A stretch of DNA of 64,000 nt from the human T2T-CHM13v2.0 reference genome, Homo sapiens. Shown piece by piece: positions 1 through 15,680 of this stretch (position 1 is the first letter of the stretch; every line of letters starts with the position of its first letter). Where the stretch lies: NCBI RefSeq assembly GCF_009914755.1, contig NC_060929.1, one strand, 5' to 3'. The notes under the pieces are model-generated. The model was not told the DNA's origin. It worked only from the letters and a program-made list of their open reading frames with translations, and did no database searches. The position numbers were made by a program, and so were the translations under genes.

Positions 1-70
1 AAAGTACTTGGTGATCTTCACTAGGAATCTTATCTGATAATCCCAGTGCATTCTCAAAAGCAGTAAAAAG
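1..70 (-). CDS. SKIC3: SKIC3/TTC37 coding exon 6 (partial, continues off window)
   Basis: Acceptor tttcag| at 72-71; reads LFTAFENALGLSDKIPSEDHQVL, in frame (phase 0) with the previous exon ending ...ETQQL. Confidence 0.9.
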
Positions 71-329
71 CTGAAACAAATAAAAAAGCTATCATCTGTA
101 TCATACTTAAATGACAAATGATTAAATGTATAAGACTCTCTTACACAAACTACACGTTCAATTAACTGCAAATGTATTCTACAGTCTAACCCTGACAACT
201 TCAACGAGGAAAAAAATGTACATGTAAGTTTTGGAATGCATTCTAACTCCAACTGGCCAGCAAACTGCACTCAACTGGTAAGTAACAACTATACATTAAC
301 AACATTAATTTAACAAAACGCACTTCCAA

Positions 330-760
330 GTGCCTGCTGTCTCCTACAAAGTAGTCAACCAGAGTATAGTCTTATATGCTAGTATAGCTGCTACTGCTCA
401 CATATCATTTTTAAAACAATTCTGAAATCACTAGCACGTTCTTTGAAGTATCTTCAATGATAGCAAATCTTCAACCTTTAAAAAGCAGTTATAAAGTTGG
501 GTGATACTTTTGGTAAAAGAAAAGCAGAGATATGACTGAACTGTTATGAAATCACTTCTCTTATGCAGTATTAGCTGACTCTGAAGAACATTCCATCACT
601 TCTCTTATGCAGTATTAACTGGCTTTGAAGGCCAACAGGCCTTCTAAATATGTCTGGAATAAGAACAGCAATACTAGAATCCAAGGCAAGTGGTATAAAG
701 CACTTCATACCACTCAGCTGGCTACACGTTCTGCATTTTAAAATGAATACTCATGACTTA
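330..760. mobile_element. Old mariner-type DNA transposon remnant (MARNA-like)
   Basis: Degenerate resemblance (aagtagtcaacc..., tcttcaatgatagcaaatcttc) to recalled consensus. Confidence 0.3.
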
Positions 761-2136
761 ATACCAAAAAGCCATAATGTAATTCAATATCTCAAATTTT
801 CTTTGGAAAGTATGGTATAAAGTCTATGTAAATAAGTAAAATTTTGCTGCCCTGATAAAGTTAACAATCTTACAAAGAAGGAACATACCTCAAAACAGTC
901 TAGCATAAAAGATTTTTAAAAACAGTAATAAAATTATTCCAAATGAAAAATCTGTAATACATTTTTTTCTAAATACTCAGTATTCAAGGTAGGTAACAAT
1001 AAATCCCCTCATCCTTTTATCTATTACTAACAGTTAGAAATCGATTCTTAAAATCTTAAGTACAATTAATTCTCTGTCATGGAGGAGGGTGGGATAGACC
1101 ATCCAAAAAGTTATTTTACTTATTTTGAAATGTGTTTGATATTCTGGTAACCTACATTATTTTAAGGAAAATAATAAAGTTATATTATGATATTATACAA
1201 TTTAAGAGAAACTGCTAAGCTACCTAATTTTGTCACTGCTCAATTTTTTCCACAATTGAATCTATGCACAGATAAATCATGTTATCACACACAAAAAAGA
1301 AATCTTATTCTCACATTTTTATCCCCAGCTCTTAGGACCCTGCCTGACACATAATAGGTAGTCAATAAATATTTTCTGAATAAACAAATTAATGAGTGAA
1401 CAAATGAACACATGAACAAATGAACAAATGAACACAAAGAAATGAACTTCCTATCCTATATAGAGTCTATATTTGTTTATTTAAAAATTCCACTCAATTT
1501 AACAAGTGTACATTAAGTAGCTATTTACTATAATAAGACATTAAGTTGACTTTTAAAGTTACAAATAAAAAAAGGAGAATGATAGACATATTTTCCAAAT
1601 GTGGTTCAAAACCAATTATTTTTTAGTCTTACAAAAATTCTCTTCAATTACTTTAAAATCTGCACCATAAAGACTTTTTTTCTAGGTGAAAAATACTAAA
1701 TATAAATATACTAAATACTAAATTTACTCTAAATACTAAATATAAATACTCTAAACAGTGGAATTGTTAAACCTCAAAGTAATTCAGTACTCTTAGTTCA
1801 GAAGTGTAAAGAAACACACCTTTAAAAGTATAACTTCTTAGACACCATAAGCAGTTTTGTGAAAGCCAATTCAGTTTCTTTTTTACAGTGATTAAGTTAC
1901 TGATGTATTGCAGATTCTTATGAACACAAGAGAATGAAATTCTGATACCATGAGTACCAATTCCACTCCATCCAGACTCCGTATGAGACTACAGGCCAAT
2001 AATTCTGACTTTATCTAGAAGAGCCTCTGTGAATTTAAAATTGTACATTTACAAAACACCTAGTCTAACATACAATCCTTTTTTTTTGAGCATCCATTGA
2101 ATTATCATTGAATGTCCTATTTCCAATGTAATTCAT

Positions 2137-3408
<1,272 letters not shown>

Positions 3409-3587
3409 TCCATAAAAAGAAACAAACCCAATAAAAAATGAGCAAAGATGTGAACACACACTTCACCAAAGAAAATATACAGGTGCAAATGAACACATGA
3501 AAAGATGTTCAACATTACTATGGAAATGGAAATTAAAATGACAATGATCAATTATGTTTCCATTTTCTAAATTCAATTAAATGATCA

Positions 3588-3767
<180 letters not shown>

Positions 3768-3900
3768 CTATTAAAGAAGGAGATTTTAAATTATTTTGTC
3801 CAAAATGTAAAAATGCCAATAAAAATGTAAAATCTGCAAATAAAAACATTTTTAATTTGTTAATATATAAAAATAGCAAAAGCATAGAACCCCATCTATT

Positions 3901-4202
3901 TTATTTTATTTTATTTTTTTGAGACGGAGTTTTGCTCTTGTTTCCCAGGCTGGAATGCAATGGCACAATCTCGGCTTACCACAACATCTGCCTCCTGGGT
4001 TGAAGCAATTCTCCTGCCTCAGCCTCCTGAGTAGCTGGTATTACAGGCATGCGCCACCATGCCCAGCTAATTTTGTATTTTTAGTAGAGACAGGGTTTCT
4101 CCATGTTGGTCTGGCTGGTCTCGAACTCCCGACCTCAGGTGATCTGCCTGCCTCAGCCTCCCAAAGTGCTGGGATTACAGGTGTGAGTCACCGCGCCCAG
4201 CC
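3901..4202 (-). mobile_element. Alu (S-like)
   Basis: Full dimer, TSD about CCATCTATT; ends about 40 nt from the SKIC3 donor at 4242. Confidence 0.97.
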
Positions 4203-4232
4203 CATCTATTATTAAAAGAAGTCAGAAAATCA

Positions 4233-4364
<132 letters not shown>

Positions 4365-4750
4365 TTAATAAAAATAACCAAGGACTTAAAACACTAAAAT
4401 TTAAGTATTCCAATAATAATTTCAGGTACTATTTTAAATTAGAACATATCTTCTTTCATACTACAGTAAAATTTTCTAAAATGAGCTCCTCATAAAAAAG
4501 AAAAGGTTTAAGAAATATTATCTTCTATTATATTGACTGAAAATAATGTCAAAGTTCCAAAATTAGTCAATCCTCTTACTAGTAGTGTTTTGATTCTATT
4601 TTAATCACAAAAGATTCTACGACAAATGTTTGAAAAAAAAAAACAGCTTCGCAATTCCCAGTAAATGCTGGAATACTTCTACATGATTTTTAATCAGTTT
4701 ATTAAAATTCAAGCTTTGAAAGAAACTGGACTTTCCTCATACATTTCTTA

Positions 4751-4843
<93 letters not shown>

Positions 4844-6120
4844 CTAAAAGAAGAAGTACTCATGATTATTCTTTTTCCTAAAACATTTGCTGTTCTCACA
4901 TTCATTTATTTTGCTAAATAATATGATAATCTATAAAGATTATTTCTGAAAAAGGATTATTATAATTTACAAATGAAATGATCTGTCTGAGATTTGCCTC
5001 TAAATATAATAGCTGGGGGTCGGAGGGCACAGGTAAAGTGGATATTGTTGAGTATGGGTGACAGGAATAAAGAGGTATATCATTCCCTTTTCTTTCGAAA
5101 ATTCATTAGAAGTGCTTCACAATAATAAACACTTTTAATGGCTATTCTACAATCTTACCATCTAAGATTACTATATGACATTATTTTTTTCAATTTCAGC
5201 ATGTGATCTAAAGTATTTTATTGTGATATCATTGACATATAAAAATTGTATGTTTTTAAGGTGTACAACTTGATGTTTTGATATATGTATTCACTGTGAA
5301 ATGACCACCATAATCAAGCTAACTAACATAACCATGCTACGTAGTTACCACTGGTGGCGGGGGAGGCAGGGGAGAGGTGAGAAGATTTAATTTTAAGATC
5401 TATGTGACACTACCTTTATGATATGATCAAACAAAAAAAAATCAAGTAGTCTGTGAAAATTGTCATTTTTGCATTAAAGAACGATCAGATATCCTAAACC
5501 ACTCAGTCCATTATAAAAGCAGCAATTTCTCTAACTGTGTTACCAGATATCCTCAAGTTCTTATTCACATGAACCTGAGACAAACAGGTTCACACCCTCC
5601 AGGGCCTACTACATCGTATTAATCAGTTTCAAAGGTGTGACTGAGATACCAAACAAAGTTATTAAATGTGAAAAAGTTGGAGAATCTAAGTAAAAACATT
5701 AAGGCCACTAAGTAAGAAAAAAGAATTTAACTTGCACTCAAAGATAGAAACATTAACATTTTTATATTATTTTATTTTTAGGAAACATTAAAAAACATTT
5801 CTTTTTCCTCAGGTAAGCATAAAGAATAATATTGTGGAGAAGTCTTTTATATGCACATATAACTAAGGTAGAGATTTATATTTGAGTGCTCACATTAGAA
5901 ATAATCCATTAGGTAGGATATTAAATAGTGTTAAACAACATCCTTTGCACCACTTTTTTTCTAAACTAACTTTTAGGTTTAGAAAACCAATAAATTTAAA
6001 TTTTTTCTTACATGGGGCAAATGTAGGTTTAAATGCTTAGTTTAATGTTGAAACCTGTATTTTGAAAAATGCAAAAAAAAATCCATTTCCATAATACAGA
6101 AAAAAAAAATTTCTACATAC

Positions 6121-6264
6121 CTGCCAAGCTAGTAATTGGTCTGGCTCTAATTCAGCAGCTTTTTTATAGGCACTCTGGGCCTGATCAGGTTGTTCTAGTT
6201 CAGCTGCAGCAACGCCAATAAAAACCCAGGCATTATAGTTATTTTTCTCTTGCTTTAACACTGT
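6121..6264 (-). CDS. SKIC3: SKIC3/TTC37 coding exon 2 (144 nt, TPR repeat)
   Basis: aatcag|ACA GTG ... TGG CAG|gtatgt; [48 protein letters not shown] has the TPR pattern (AW..G.A......A...Y.KA.EL.P). Confidence 0.95.
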
Positions 6265-7080
6265 CTGATTTAAAAAAAATTAAAAGAGTAGGTTAGTAAA
6301 TTTTCGAAGCAAATGAACTAACAATAACAGAAAGTCTAGCATGAGTCAGGAAATCTATATCTACCATTTAACAGGGCAAACTTCAGAATGCCATTTAACC
6401 TATCTGGTTTCAGTTTCCTCAGGGGAAGGAGTTGGACTGTAGGAGTGACCATAATGGCTTTGAAATAACAGGTGGTTTCTTTTAAAGCTGCCCGAGGGAT
6501 ACTGACACCTCCACCAAATGCCTCCCCATGCTCTTTGAGAATACTGGGTATAAAAAGAACAATAACTACTCAATCATCCTGCCTGTCTCCATACTGCTAC
6601 TGGTCAAATTCACAAAGCTGTTCTCCATCTCATTTCACTTAATCCAACTCTCATATTTTCCTTCACCATGATAGTTTCCCCATATTAGACACATGGATTT
6701 TTCTCAAGATTAAGACTAGGAAAGTAGATTCACCCCAGTGCGATTATACCAAATATGTTCAAAATAAATAGTGGCAATGATGTTTAAACAACACCTGCCA
6801 ACTGGAATAAAAATTATATGTAGAGATAATTGCTTTCAGAAATAACAGCTACTTGCTAAAGGTAAAATAAAACAGCTTGAAGCAGTTAGCAAGTATGTTC
6901 TAGGGAAAGAAAAACAAAACCAGTAGCCAAAATGAAATTAGCCTCTTAAGGTTTTACATTATTCCAGAGAAAATAAGAACATTTCCATGAGTTAAGCGAG
7001 TCATATTATTAGACTTGAGTGTTTCCACACAACACTCCTAATAATCTGTCCCTAATATGCAGTACAAGCTCCATTCTATC

Positions 7081-7504
7081 TGTGAACACACTGATTACAC
7101 AAATTGGGTCATTCTTGTCACCTAAGTCAGAGTAAAGGGAGCACCAGGGGGAAAAGGCACTCAGGCCTCATAGCACCTGCTCCAAGATTTAAATTTTCCA
7201 AAAGCCCGGCTGCTGAGAGGGCCTGCTGTAACCCTAAGACCAGTTTTCCCCAGTAGCTGCCATGACTCTAAGTCTAGTTTTACCTACCATCGTCACTCAC
7301 CAATCAGAGCCTGCCAGCTCCCAAAAGCTTCTCTAGTACCAGTGAGCTTTCTTTCAAAATAATACATAACATTTTTCTTTCCAATAAAATGGCCAATCTT
7401 CTCTTTGTTCTTCAGACATACAAAAGACCACTTAGCCTGTGTGTGTATGCCCCAAATTGCAATTCTTGTTTCCCAAAATAAAATTATTTATTTTGACTTC
7501 AACA
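7081..7504 (+). mobile_element. Solo LTR (ERV1-class-like)
   Basis: TG...CA termini, AATAAA at 7383, resemblance to MER/LTR consensus; subfamily not assigned. Confidence 0.6.
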
Positions 7505-8299
7505 TAATAATGCTGCCTCCTAACAAACCACAACAATGATGTAACTACCAAAGTTAAGCTCTAAACACTGGGGCTTTATTAATGCTTATGTTCCCAACAC
7601 CAGGTACAATGGCTGGCACTTAACAGCTGAACAAAATGCCATACTCAACCAGCAATTAGTTAAGTACTGACTATCTGCCTGATGACCAGGTTTTCAGAAT
7701 CCAAAATGGATGTTTAAGAAAATGATTATCAACAATGTGGTGAAGGCAGGTATGAGATTCTGAAAGAACATAGAGAAAAAAGTACCGAACTCTGCATAAA
7801 CTGGAGAAGGCTTCCCTGAAGGGATACTCATACCATGTGATAAAGCGCCACAGGCAGACAAGGTGATGATCAGACAAAACCACAGCAAATGCAACATTCC
7901 TTTACTCAAAAATTCATTTAGTCTCAACCAATATTCTGGGTTACTACACATTAGTAATCAGGCATTTATAACTGATTAGCTATCCATTTGCATTTTCTAA
8001 TTGGGTCTCTCTAGTATAAATTATTAACTATTTGGTGGAATTAATATCTGAATTTTGCAGAAAGTCTACAGGAAGAAGACAGCTATGGTGGTGCTGTATA
8101 TAACTGAAACGTGCATCAATTAGATAAACCTAGTGCTGAAGGAAACAGTCCTTCTTCCCTTCTTGTATTCCATCCACAACCTGTCCCCACTTGGAACACA
8201 CTGCCCACCTTCTTCTATATCAAGATTAATACTATCACGTCCTTGCATCGCTGCTGGGCTCCATCAGTCACCACCAGAAACCTAAACCTCACAAGGGTA

Positions 8300-9660
8300 T
8301 CCTTTACCTGTTTACTCCTTAGACTCATCCTCATATTGCCATGTATACTGCCCAGTCTTGCCCAATTCCCTCCCTACCACTCTCCTAAATTCTTCATTGT
8401 GCCCTCTGGAACTCCCAATCTGGGTCAGCCAAGTTCCTTCCATATTTTTAACCTTTCTTTTAACCACACCAAGTTCTGCCTCAATGAAAACATGGCTAAT
8501 TCCCCTATACATCCTACAGATTGCAGATGACTTCTTTTACAGCTCACATGCCACAGGCCTAGAAGGTGAGAAACTGCTTCTTGCTCACACTGTCTGTCAC
8601 CTACAGTCCTCTACTGCTCCTTCCTCCTTCAGCAACCCCACTACCTTTGAAGCTCAGGCCATCCAACTATACTACTAAAAATAGCCTTCTTGTTGCTACA
8701 GTCTACCACCTTCCTAATTCCCCTTTCCTTCAGTGAAAATTCTGTATCCTTCTTTTCCACCTCAGTGCCTGTATTCATGTTGATATCCCGTTGAACACTC
8801 TGGCCTCTCAGTTATGTGACCACCACACTACTCACCCATCCAAAATCTGAATTTCCAGCACAGTACTATTCTGCTCCTCTCTAACCGTCCCAGTTCAATT
8901 ACTGTAGTGGTCCCATGGTAACAAATCTTTAACCTTTGGTTTCTCTAATTTTTTCTATCCTAAACGCTTTTTCCATTGCCTATCAGCCCACCTCTCATTT
9001 CTCATTCCTCTTTACCCAGCTTAGACTCCAGGGCTCACCACTGTCATCACTCCCTTGTCATGTCTTTCCTTTGCATGTCTTTCCTTTCTTCTTTCTCTCC
9101 ATCCATACTTGAACCCCATCATGCCCATCTCCAAACCTGAGAAACTGAATACAAAGAGAAAAACTACAGCGGAGTTCACTAATTTCACTTTAATAGCTTG
9201 AAACTTCAAATGGGCAATCACTAGGGCCTGCTAATCTTTCCAATCCTTACTAGCCAGTTTCTTTTCCCACCATGAGAAAAAAAAAAAACAAAAAAAAAAA
9301 ACAAAGAAAGAAACTATTTCATACCTTCTGCTATCTCAAACCTCCTAACCAATAACCAAGTCTTCTCCCAGTCTCATCTTATACTTTGCCAAGAAAATAG
9401 AAGCCATTAGAGAAGAAAGCTTTTCCCAACACCAAATCTATAAGCCCAACACTGTATGGATGGGCACCTATCTTCTCTCCTGCTAAGATGGAAGAAGGAT
9501 TAAAGGGCTCCCTCAAGCTCTGGATCCCAGTGTGTCTCTCACCTACTGATGACTTCACTCCTACCACTACCCTCTGTCTCTCCCCCGAGTCCAATTTCTC
9601 CCTCTGAATGGAATCATACCCATCAGCATAAAAATAAGCTTTATAATCTTGGTCCTCTCA
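8300..9660 (+). mobile_element. L2 internal fragment including endonuclease-domain fossil
   Basis: C/T-rich L2 composition; degenerate APE-like peptides (KTWL, FEAQAIQLY, LLVATVYHLP). Confidence 0.55.
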
Positions 9661-9941
9661 TCCACAAACCAAATAGAAATAGAACACTAACATGCCATTA
9701 AACAATGAAAACTTTAAGATACAGTAGCATTCCACGATACAACCATCAAAAGATATTTATGGGATATTCAGGTTTTAAGAACTTGGTTTTGTTAAGTTAC
9801 CAATACAGAGAAAGTTAAGTTTGGCAGAGGTAGTTTATCCTGCTAACTAGAGGTTAAAAGTCCAACCATTCTAATGGTTCTACTAAATGGCCTTACCACT
9901 TTTGCTGTTTGGACAGGAAATAATTCACATATTACAAATCA

Positions 9942-10570
<629 letters not shown>

Positions 10571-11497
10571 TATTTTATTTACATTCATTCTCTATATATT
10601 TTGGCTAAAATACAAATGATCTTGTTGATCAGGACTCAAAACACATACCAATCTCAATCCAACTCTCCCACTCTATACAAAGCTAGATCCAGTAGAATAA
10701 GCCCAAGTCACAGATAAAACACTAACACAAATAATTTCAGTGACTGTGATATGAAAGTTTAAGAAAGCATTGTTTTAATGCTAGTTTCTGTGAAACATAA
10801 ATCAAGATATTAACTTTCTTCACAATAAGGATTACTGTAGGTTTATTACCTGTACTTTTTCTAAAGAAAAACAATGTTTAAACTTGAATGGAAGCAATGG
10901 ATAATGCAAAAGGGTTGTATACTAATTTCAGCCATAAAAAGATATTTTAATTAGTAGAGAAAGTATTTCTTCATTTAGTCTTAAGATATATTAATTTTAA
11001 ATAAATTAGCATATTTTAAGATTACACAACTTATTCTGGCTTACCTATAAACAAGTCTAATTCAATCATAATTCAATGTTGAAAAAAAGAAATATTTGTA
11101 TTTTCTGTCAGCTCCTCTAATCTCATAGAAAGGTAAAACAAAGCTGGGGTAAATATTAAGTATTTATAGGCTTCAGATGCTCAAGGGAGTAAAATGTACC
11201 AAAAAGATGAATCACTGACATGGTACACTGACAGTCCTTTATATCCAAAGAAGAAGCTAACACAGAAGTATGAGACCAAAGAAGTTTGAGAAGTTAGATA
11301 CATATTTTTTAATCTTTTTGACTTAAAAAATGTTAGGATTCAAAATAATAGAAAAATTAAGATACCATAAAATCAATTTATCTACAGCTAGAACCAGATT
11401 CCCTAAATAGGCAGATAAGTAACTTTTTTGCCTAGTTACAATAATTATATAATTTAAAGCACCATATTTCATATGTTCTTGCTTTAGAAACTACTAC

Positions 11498-11646
11498 CTT
11501 ATCTGAAATTATCTTGGTATATATTTATAGGTGAAAGCTTCAGAATGATTTTTTTGTAGTTTGCAAATCTTGATTGGAGTAGGTAACAAATTTCAATGCT
11601 GATTTCACAATTTTCTCAAACCAGTTTCCTTTGGTTAAAAAAAACC
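11498..11646 (-). other. SKIC3: Probable SKIC3 5' UTR exon 3 (non-coding)
   Basis: Pyrimidine tract tattttcttctttttag-tctgcag| (two candidate AGs, exon start 11653 or 11646) and donor AAG|gtagta; non-repetitive, no ATG. Confidence 0.6.
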
Positions 11647-13517
11647 CTGCAGACTAAAAAGAAGAAAATAACATCAAGGATGATGACAACTGATCTAGAT
11701 CAATAAAAAGAGACAAAAAGAGACACTCAAGTAAAAAAATCAAAAGATGTCCAAATTGAAAAGGAACAAAAACAGTCTCAAATTAAAAACAAACAAAAGA
11801 CCACAACCATTACATAAGGAGGAAGTTCACCATCTCTTCTATCACCCAACATTCATGAGGGTATGTATACAAACAAGGCAGGACCAACCACTACTAAACT
11901 ACATGCAGCCCCCAAGCTATTTGCTGTGCACGATATAAAAAATATATAAAGAATATAATCTAAATCAAGAGAAAGACTTAAGACATATAAGTCATTCAAT
12001 AATCAAATGCTAAACTAAGGGTAATGAGTGGAAGTGCAATAGGAATTTAGAGAAGGAAAGGTGTGTGGTGTGATGTTATTAATGGCTTCTATTAATAGAA
12101 GATGACAAGACTTAAAAATGGAGTGAAGAAGGAAAATTGCTCTACTCAGAGGCAAATGCATTAGCAAAGTGACAGAAGTGGGAATGAGCTGTGGCAAGTA
12201 TAGGAAACAGTGAGAAAGCCAGGCTGAATGGATCAGAAGGGACTTATTAAACAGAAGAAAATTAGGTTGGGTAGGTAAATAGAGCCTCAGATTACAGATC
12301 CTGAAAGTCAAACAGACAAGTGTGAAGTTAAATACAGCAGCAAATAGGAAGCCATTAGTAATTTTTAAGTAGGTTGTTTTTAAAGACCACTATATAGAAA
12401 CAAACACCATTTTTCTCTTGGTAATCAATTCTAATATTAAATGTCCTTCAGTATCTGTATGTCTCCATATGTAATTACAATTCTTCATGCTACAATGGAA
12501 CCCTCTATTCTCTTCCAATTCCTTCTTCATTTGATGCAACATTTAACACAATACGCTAGCACTGAGGTCCTCTCTCACTCATGCATACACACATATATGT
12601 ACGTAAGTTTCAGAAGGTTAATTTGTAAAAAGACAAAATAATCTGCCCCTTTTCAACCCTAAAAACTACTACTTCCTTTTTTTTTAATTTTTATTTTTAT
12701 TTTTGAGGGGAAAGGGAAACGTCCATTCACCAATTTTCTAAACAAACCTTTATTGAGATCCAACCATCTACTAGGTACCACTTAAACCCATTTTCCTTCC
12801 GAGGGTAAAAACCTACTACCCAAAATGATTCCACGTAACCCCATACTCCTCTATTTTGGATATTTCCCTTCATTGTAAGGATTTCTAACACGTCAAAGAA
12901 ACATCTAGCTCTCTTGCAAGAGAGGGAGATGTCTTTAATATTCTTCCACAATATAACTCCCTATTAATTCTTTCCGCCTTATACCTCTCCTCCCACTATT
13001 CTCCTCAATCTCAACTGTCTTTTTTTAAATAAGAGTATTCATTTTGTACGTTTTCACTCAAGTTTTTCTACTACCAACCCAAAATGTTTTTATCCAACAT
13101 AAATCAAGAATAAAAAGTGGCAACAACTGCACTTAAAAAGAGTTAGAAAGTGACAGTCATGCCATAAAGGCAATGATATTCCTCAAGGACAACATATATA
13201 GGTATGATATATATGTCCCCAGTTGAGGCTATGAAACCTTAAATAATATTCCAATATGCTCATACAAAGATTCCACAAAGCTAAAACAACAATAATAATA
13301 AATAGTAATGATAATGACAACGGAAGCTAATTACAGAAAGGAAAAAAAACGATATCTTTAAATCTAATAACAAAAGGTATTTTGTAATGACCCATAGTCT
13401 GACATTAAAAAAAAAAAAAAACTATGCCATTAAATCTTTCTTCTGAAAGGAATGAGTAAAAACAATCATTAAGTAAAAATAGATTCCAATTTATTATTTA
13501 GCATTGTAGACACTTAC

Positions 13518-13587
13518 CTTTTACCAATTATTACCACCTCTATATTCTTCCCGAATTGAATTTGATTGTTCCTTACCCATTTTCCAT
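13518..13587 (-). other. SKIC3: Probable SKIC3 5' UTR exon 2 (70 nt, carries two uATGs)
   Basis: cttgtttttgtttaatttag|ATGG... and consensus donor AAG|gtaagt. Confidence 0.7.
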
Positions 13588-14991
13588 CTAAATTAAACAA
13601 AAACAAGTATGAGACAATCATATAAAAAGGATGACACCCACAACCCAAAACCTTCTAAACTTTTTAACGCATCAATTTTCATAATTCATAATTTAAAACA
13701 TGAGAAATAATTATGTATAATTTTTAGTATTTTTATTCTTTCCCAGAGAGACACTATTCTTAATCTCCAAACTTCTGAATTGGTCTAAACTATATTCCTG
13801 GGCCTCAGATGATAAAAGGAAACTTCTACAAGAGATCAGAAGGATTTTGAGAAACCATTTCAGAAACCCAAAATACACTGATGTCAATATAAAAAAATAG
13901 AGCCAAAGAAGAATATCTACTATTTCTGTGCCATTTTTGCTTTGAATCAAGGACATCTACAGACAACTAAGGGTACTTATTTACACCCAATTTGCAGCCT
14001 AATTATATTAGAATAGAACTTTTCTCTAAGGAACATAAGGAGTATAATATAATACAATTATATTAGTTTGTAATCTAATGAAAACAGAGAAATTTTTTTA
14101 ATGTTAACAATGCATTTAAATAGTCATTAAAAATAGTAACACAACTACACATCTACAAATTCTAAGGATATTTTGATAGCATCCCTGAAGTGGCTTCTGT
14201 CAAACAAAAAACAATCTAGAATGGTCCCTGCAGAGAATGGAAGTGGTTTTGAAAAACTGAATAAAGTGAAAAAAAACATGCTACTTCAGAACTAGGAAGT
14301 AAACAATGTTTAGGTGAGGCAGGTAGGGATGAACAAGGAATGAAAAGTTTCCCTAACCAAAACACTCATTAGTGATCTACCGAAATAGAAGTGTCACTCC
14401 AACAGTAGAAAGTCTTACTGGTAAGAAAAGAAAGTATGGTAATCCAAACAATGTTTAGGAAAGTAAGATAATAGTTAAAAAAGAAAAAAAAGTACAAACT
14501 TGACTATTTCACTGGCTTCTTTAGCCCTGCTAACACTTGGCTGCCCTCCTCACCCAATCTAGTTTTATCACTCAGTCACTTCAACTCTGTTCTTACAAAG
14601 TACCCTAGATCCTGTCAGCCCCTTTACTCTGTCATATCCACCCACCAAGGCTTACCCTAGTTGAGAGTGAGCTTAGGAAATCAAATGGATCTAGGATCAA
14701 AGCCATTAGGCCTTGGGTACATGACTTCATTACTCAAAGCCCATTTCCTCACTGGTAAAGTAAGAATTACATCACTTACCTGATACACACATAGATGGAG
14801 TACTTGGACATAATCTATACTAATAATGTCCTATCTACTATTATTCTCTCAATCAACTTTGCTACTTGCCATTCCTAAAACAACTAGTGTGATAACTCAG
14901 TGTTAAAAATTTTCCCTACACATTCAAATCCCCAACCGTCCTGCAACCTCCTTCTTCCTTGCTCTCTCAAGAAGTAAACTTCTTACCTATA

Positions 14992-15137
14992 CAAACGGCC
15001 CCTGACTTACAAATGGTTGAACTTACAATTTTTTGACTTTACGATGGGCTTATCAGCATATTAAATGCATTTTGACGTACAATATTTTCAAGTTAAAATG
15101 GGTTTATCATGGTGTAACCCACCATAAGAAGCATCTG
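14992..15137. mobile_element. TcMar-Tigger MITE (MER47-like)
   Basis: gacttacaaatggttgaacttac... ending gcatctg, flanked by TA on both sides. Confidence 0.65.
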
Positions 15138-15449
15138 TATTCCTCAAGACAGCTATCATCAAACATGAGTACCCTCTTCATATTAGTTACTACACTACAT
15201 GAATACTAGAGTACAGCCTACAACAGGGATCACTCCCTCCTCCAAACCTCCAAACTGAGCTACTCAACTGCAACTTAACAAATATTATTTTTATTATCCT
15301 ATATAGACATAATTCAATTATGTCTCCCAATTCAATAAATTCTTAGACGTAAGTCTTATATTTTCAGAGCTTCTTATATACCCAACACTTACTGGATAAT
15401 ACATATTCAATAAATAGCTAATGATCTTCCAGCTTCCAAGGCTTACCAG

Positions 15450-15680
15450 TGTTAACAAAAAAATGAGTGACTGAGGGAAGTGTCTCAATCAGTAGACGTT
15501 TATTGAGCCACACTTTGAGCACACGCCTGGGGAAAAACAAGCCACAGAAGCATCTGTGACCCACACTTTCCAAAGAGGGCTTTCGGAACTCAGTATTCTA
15601 GAGGAGAGCATGCAGGAGTGAAAAATGGCGGGAGGGAAGTAGGCAGTGAGGCAAATGGTTACATTCTCTTGAGTACCTTT
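15450..15680 (-). mobile_element. LTR fragment (ERV1-class-like)
   Basis: tgttaac...gagtgactgagg...tctcaatc...tttattgagcc resembles reverse-strand LTR 3' end. Confidence 0.45.

Noticed and set aside
1376-1760. ATGAACAA-type and TAAATAC-type short repeat runs
   Set aside because: L2 tail microsatellite and AT-rich slippage; no spacer structure, not CRISPR-like
7671-7951. Two hydrophobic minus-strand ORFs in a SKIC3 intron
   Set aside because: No convincing splice signals or motif; SKIC3 frame is complete without them
13571-13587. Internal donor TGG|gtaagg in SKIC3 UTR exon 2
   Set aside because: Would give an 11-nt exon competing with a consensus donor; unsupported from sequence alone
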